Positions 61,035-64,000 of a DNA stretch of 64,000 nt are shown here, in pieces. Each line of letters opens with the position of its first letter. Position 1 is the stretch's first letter. The notes below the pieces were generated by a model. It was not told where the DNA came from and searched no databases. It was given only the letters and a program-made list of their open reading frames with translations. The translations under genes were made by a program, and so were the position numbers. This DNA is from Methanotrichaceae archaeon (GTDB lineage: Archaea > Halobacteriota > Methanosarcinia > Methanotrichales > Methanotrichaceae): contig CAVVKN010000022.1 in the NCBI GenBank assembly GCA_963748825.1, positions 32,001 through 96,000 of the forward strand, given 5' to 3'.

Positions 61035-62072
61035 TCAGGCGGTAGCTGCAAGATCTCCTTCCCCATCATTATTGCTGTTATCGATGCCGCCTCCCAGTCC
61101 CATGCAGTTGCATCTTCCATCAGCCCATTGGCAGCCTGGATTGCTCTCGCACTCTGCTACCGGATTTGGTGCAGGATTGAAAGGCTCAGGATCTGGCTCA
61201 GGGTTGGGATTAGGGACGGGTCCGGGCATAGGCTCAGGATCCAGCCCCCGGCAGAGGCACCGGCCGTTGATCCAATCGCATAGAGAATTAGCCTCGCATT
61301 TTTGCTTTTCCGGATCCACAGGATCTAGTCCCCTGCAGTAGCATTGGCCATTGGACCAATCGCAGAGAGGATTTTTCTCGCATTCCTCCTTGGGGCCGGG
61401 TTTAGGGGTTGGTGGATTGGGTTTGACATAATTGCCTACCGCATAGACGTCGATGATTACGGCATTGCTGTATCCGCTGTTGGTGGAGAATATGCTGCTG
61501 TGCCGTCCTGGCGCATCGGCATAGTACCAAATGTAGTAGTATCCGGGCTGCACCAATCCCAGGTTATTTCCCAGCACATAGCCGCTTGGATAAATCTCGT
61601 ACATGGTGACGGGAGACGCCTGAGGTACGAAGATCAGCTCTCTCGTCCATCCGCCCCAGGGCAGTGTGGCATAGAAAGTCCAGCTCACGGCTCTCTCTAT
61701 CCACAGGCCTGGATTATTGCTGGGGAAGGTGGTCGAAAAGTCGTTCCAGGCCAGGTAATCTCCGTTGTAGTACATGTACCTGGGCGGACTCGTAAGAACT
61801 GCGGAAGGCATCAACTTTTTCAGATCCGTTGTGGGTGGAGCCTCCTCCGTATAGGCGGCAATCTCCGTTCCTGCGTCCGCAGAAGTCGCCTGAGGCGCAC
61901 CGGTATCAACAAAGGCATCTTGCACATTGCTGAGTGGAACCAGAGCACTGAAATCGGATATAGTCATATTCTTTGCATTGATATTTCCCGATTGGTCCAG
62001 TCCTCCCAAAGATAGGCTGCAAAGGAGGAGGGTGGCTATAGCAATCCGAAATAGCAGATGTTCGGTTTTCAT
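61035..62072 (-). CDS. Secreted protein with a Trp/Tyr-rich domain and three Cys-rich C-terminal repeats
   Basis: Signal peptide; domain shared with 227-1171; CE.NP.C.W..G.C.C.GL x3. Confidence 0.8.
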   Translation of the reverse strand: MKTEHLLFRIAIATLLLCSLSLGGLDQSGNINAKNMTISDFSALVPLSNVQDAFVDTGAPQATSADAGTEIAAYTEEAPPTTDLKKLMPSAVLTSPPRYMYYNGDYLAWNDFSTTFPSNNPGLWIERAVSWTFYATLPWGGWTRELIFVPQASPVTMYEIYPSGYVLGNNLGLVQPGYYYIWYYADAPGRHSSIFSTNSGYSNAVIIDVYAVGNYVKPNPPTPKPGPKEECEKNPLCDWSNGQCYCRGLDPVDPEKQKCEANSLCDWINGRCLCRGLDPEPMPGPVPNPNPEPDPEPFNPAPNPVAECESNPGCQWADGRCNCMGLGGGIDNSNNDGEGDLAATA

Positions 62073-62418
62073 TTCCTTCACTCTCTTTATTAAATTGCCA
62101 ATTTTGCCAATACTACTATTTCTTACCTTATTTTTTAATTGTTTAAGCCCGGACAATGACGACCAAATGGACTAAACGATGAGATATTTCTTGAGATCGC
62201 TCCAGAAATCATCATCATTTTCGCACGGCCTTTTGGTCCTTACTTTTCATCATCACCTGGTAATCCCTACTCATTACGTATAAATTTTTTGTACTGTTTG
62301 CCGGAGATTTGTTAAGATGCCTAGAAATGTTCGACAGCAAGATATCTCTATTAGCCTTGATTATTGTCCTATCCCTGATCGTGATGACTTTGCAGGCAAA
62401 TGCTGTTAATTGCACACT

Positions 62419-64000
62419 TCAGGCCAGGAGGAAGTGTAGGGCCGTTCCGACCAAGAGCGCCGCCACCAGCCGGAGTGCCACGGATTTCAGGGTTCCAGAG
62501 ACGCCCAGCTCCTTCAGCATCACCATGAAGGTGGCCACACATGGAAAATACATGGCCAGCACCACAGAGGCGACCACTAGTTGCACCGCCGTCATGTCCA
62601 GAGGTGCGAACATGCCGATACCCACATCCTTTCTCAAGAAGCCGATGATCAATGCCGTAGCGGCGTCGCTTGGCAGCCCTAAAAGGCCGGACACGACCGG
62701 CCGCAATGCCTCGCCGATGAGACGCATCAAGCCGGAGAGGTAAAAGAAGTTCATCACTATCATGCCTAACGCAATGTAAGGCACAGCCTCTTTCAAAAAT
62801 TCGCGAATGCGAATAAATGTCTTTTTGAGCAGCGAACTTAAGTTTGGCATGCGGTAGGGTGGGATCTCTAAAAATATCTCGGGAGACTCTCCCCCGATAA
62901 ACCTGTGCAGCAGGAAACCTGTCACCGCGAAGGTGGTGAAGAGAGACATGTACACGGCGAAAATGTACCTCAGGCCGTAGGGGGCCAGCATGCCAAATAT
63001 CATGGCCGATTGCGAGGCGCAGGGAATGGCCATGGTCATAAGCGTGGCCGCCAGATACCTCTGCTTGGGCGACTCCAGGATGCGCACGGAGAGGACGGCC
63101 GGCACACTGCAGCCCATGCCCAGGACGCAGGGCAGAATGGCCGCCCCATGCAGTCCGATCCTGTGCATGAAAGCGTCCAAAATGATGCTCAGCCGGGGAA
63201 GGTAGCCGATGTCCTCCAGGACTCCCAGCACCAGGTAAAAGGGAATGAGGAAAGGCAGGACAACGCCTAACGGAATATAGAGGCCGGTGGTGAGAATGCC
63301 GAAGGACTTGAGCAGCTCAGGAGACGTTCCGATCAAAATGTCATGCAGCAAGGGCGAACTGATGTGGTTTTCCACGACTTCAGTGATGAACTGGGTGTAA
63401 ACGATGAATATCGGGTCGGTGATCTTCACTTGCAGCAGCTCTCCCGTTTTGATCACCAGGCTGAAGGAGAAATAGAGCACCAGCAAAGCGATGGGAATTC
63501 CCGTCAACGGTTTAATGGAAATGTCTTCCAGCTGGTCAAAGAGAGATGGGTGGCGGTGCATGACCTTCTGCGTCCTGGCCGCGATCTCGCCGATGCGCGC
63601 CCATCTCTGATCCGAGGAGGCAAAGTGCATGATGGGAGGCGTCTTCGCTTTGGCCAGGGCCCCAACCAGGTCGCGGATGCCCTGGCCGCTCACGGCCACT
63701 GTGGGAACTACGGGGACGCCCAATTCCGTCTCCAGGGCGGCTACATCGATCTCGATGCCTTTTCTGGTTGCTGCGTCCCAGAGGTTGAGGGCGACAACGG
63801 TAGGCACACCCCACTCCAGGATCTGCAAGGTGAGGTTGAGGTTTCTCTCCAGATTGGTGGCATCGATGACGTTCACCACCACATCCGCGCCCTTCAAGAA
63901 GATCTTGCGGCTGACCTCTTCCACTCGGGAGGTTGGGTCGAGGGAATAGACTCCGGGAGCATCCACTAGGGTGGCCATCTGCTCGCCCAATTTCATGCGC
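62419..64000 (-). CDS. feoB: Ferrous iron transporter FeoB, 5' end outside the window
   Basis: DAPGVYSL, DATNLERNL, LED.GYLPR, GCSVPA and PC.AT motifs. Confidence 0.95.
   Translation of the reverse strand, partial: RMKLGEQMATLVDAPGVYSLDPTSRVEEVSRKIFLKGADVVVNVIDATNLERNLNLTLQILEWGVPTVVALNLWDAATRKGIEIDVAALETELGVPVVPTVAVSGQGIRDLVGALAKAKTPPIMHFASSDQRWARIGEIAARTQKVMHRHPSLFDQLEDISIKPLTGIPIALLVLYFSFSLVIKTGELLQVKITDPIFIVYTQFITEVVENHISSPLLHDILIGTSPELLKSFGILTTGLYIPLGVVLPFLIPFYLVLGVLEDIGYLPRLSIILDAFMHRIGLHGAAILPCVLGMGCSVPAVLSVRILESPKQRYLAATLMTMAIPCASQSAMIFGMLAPYGLRYIFAVYMSLFTTFAVTGFLLHRFIGGESPEIFLEIPPYRMPNLSSLLKKTFIRIREFLKEAVPYIALGMIVMNFFYLSGLMRLIGEALRPVVSGLLGLPSDAATALIIGFLRKDVGIGMFAPLDMTAVQLVVASVVLAMYFPCVATFMVMLKELGVSGTLKSVALRLVAALLVGTALHFLLA

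Overview
Archaeal DNA, most consistent with a Methanothrix (Methanosaeta)-like member of the Methanosarcinales. This is inferred from PGF-CTERM proteins, UPF0212, an XPD/Rad3 helicase, a DRG GTPase, a Cas4-like protein and archaeal TATA promoters. Layout: (1) 1-19.1 kb is an accessory region built from about six copies of a divergent module (51-aa ribbon-helix-helix gene / LEA-like gene), each followed by different cargo: DUF1328, Thr-rich PGF-CTERM proteins, PLD+PAP2 and a cyclic beta-1,2-glucan synthase. (2) 19-24 kb holds metabolic genes and IS debris. (3) 24.7-35.3 kb is an arsenic/thiol/sulfur-relay cluster interrupted by a small integron-type cassette array with attC sites. (4) 35-42 kb is core-like. 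(5) 42.2-50 kb is a defence island bounded by a duplicated 3' end of the cas4-like gene. It carries a type IIG R-M gene whose C-terminal segment is triplicated, a PIN TA pair and an atypical dCTP-deaminase-fold + 2TM pair. (6) 50-64 kb is mostly core genes (DRG GTPase, uvrC, partial feoB). No rRNA, tRNA, CRISPR array or integrase was seen. Many single-base indels, mostly insertions and including core genes, suggest sequencing error, so several 'split' genes may be intact in vivo. All family calls come from motif recognition by eye, not database searches.
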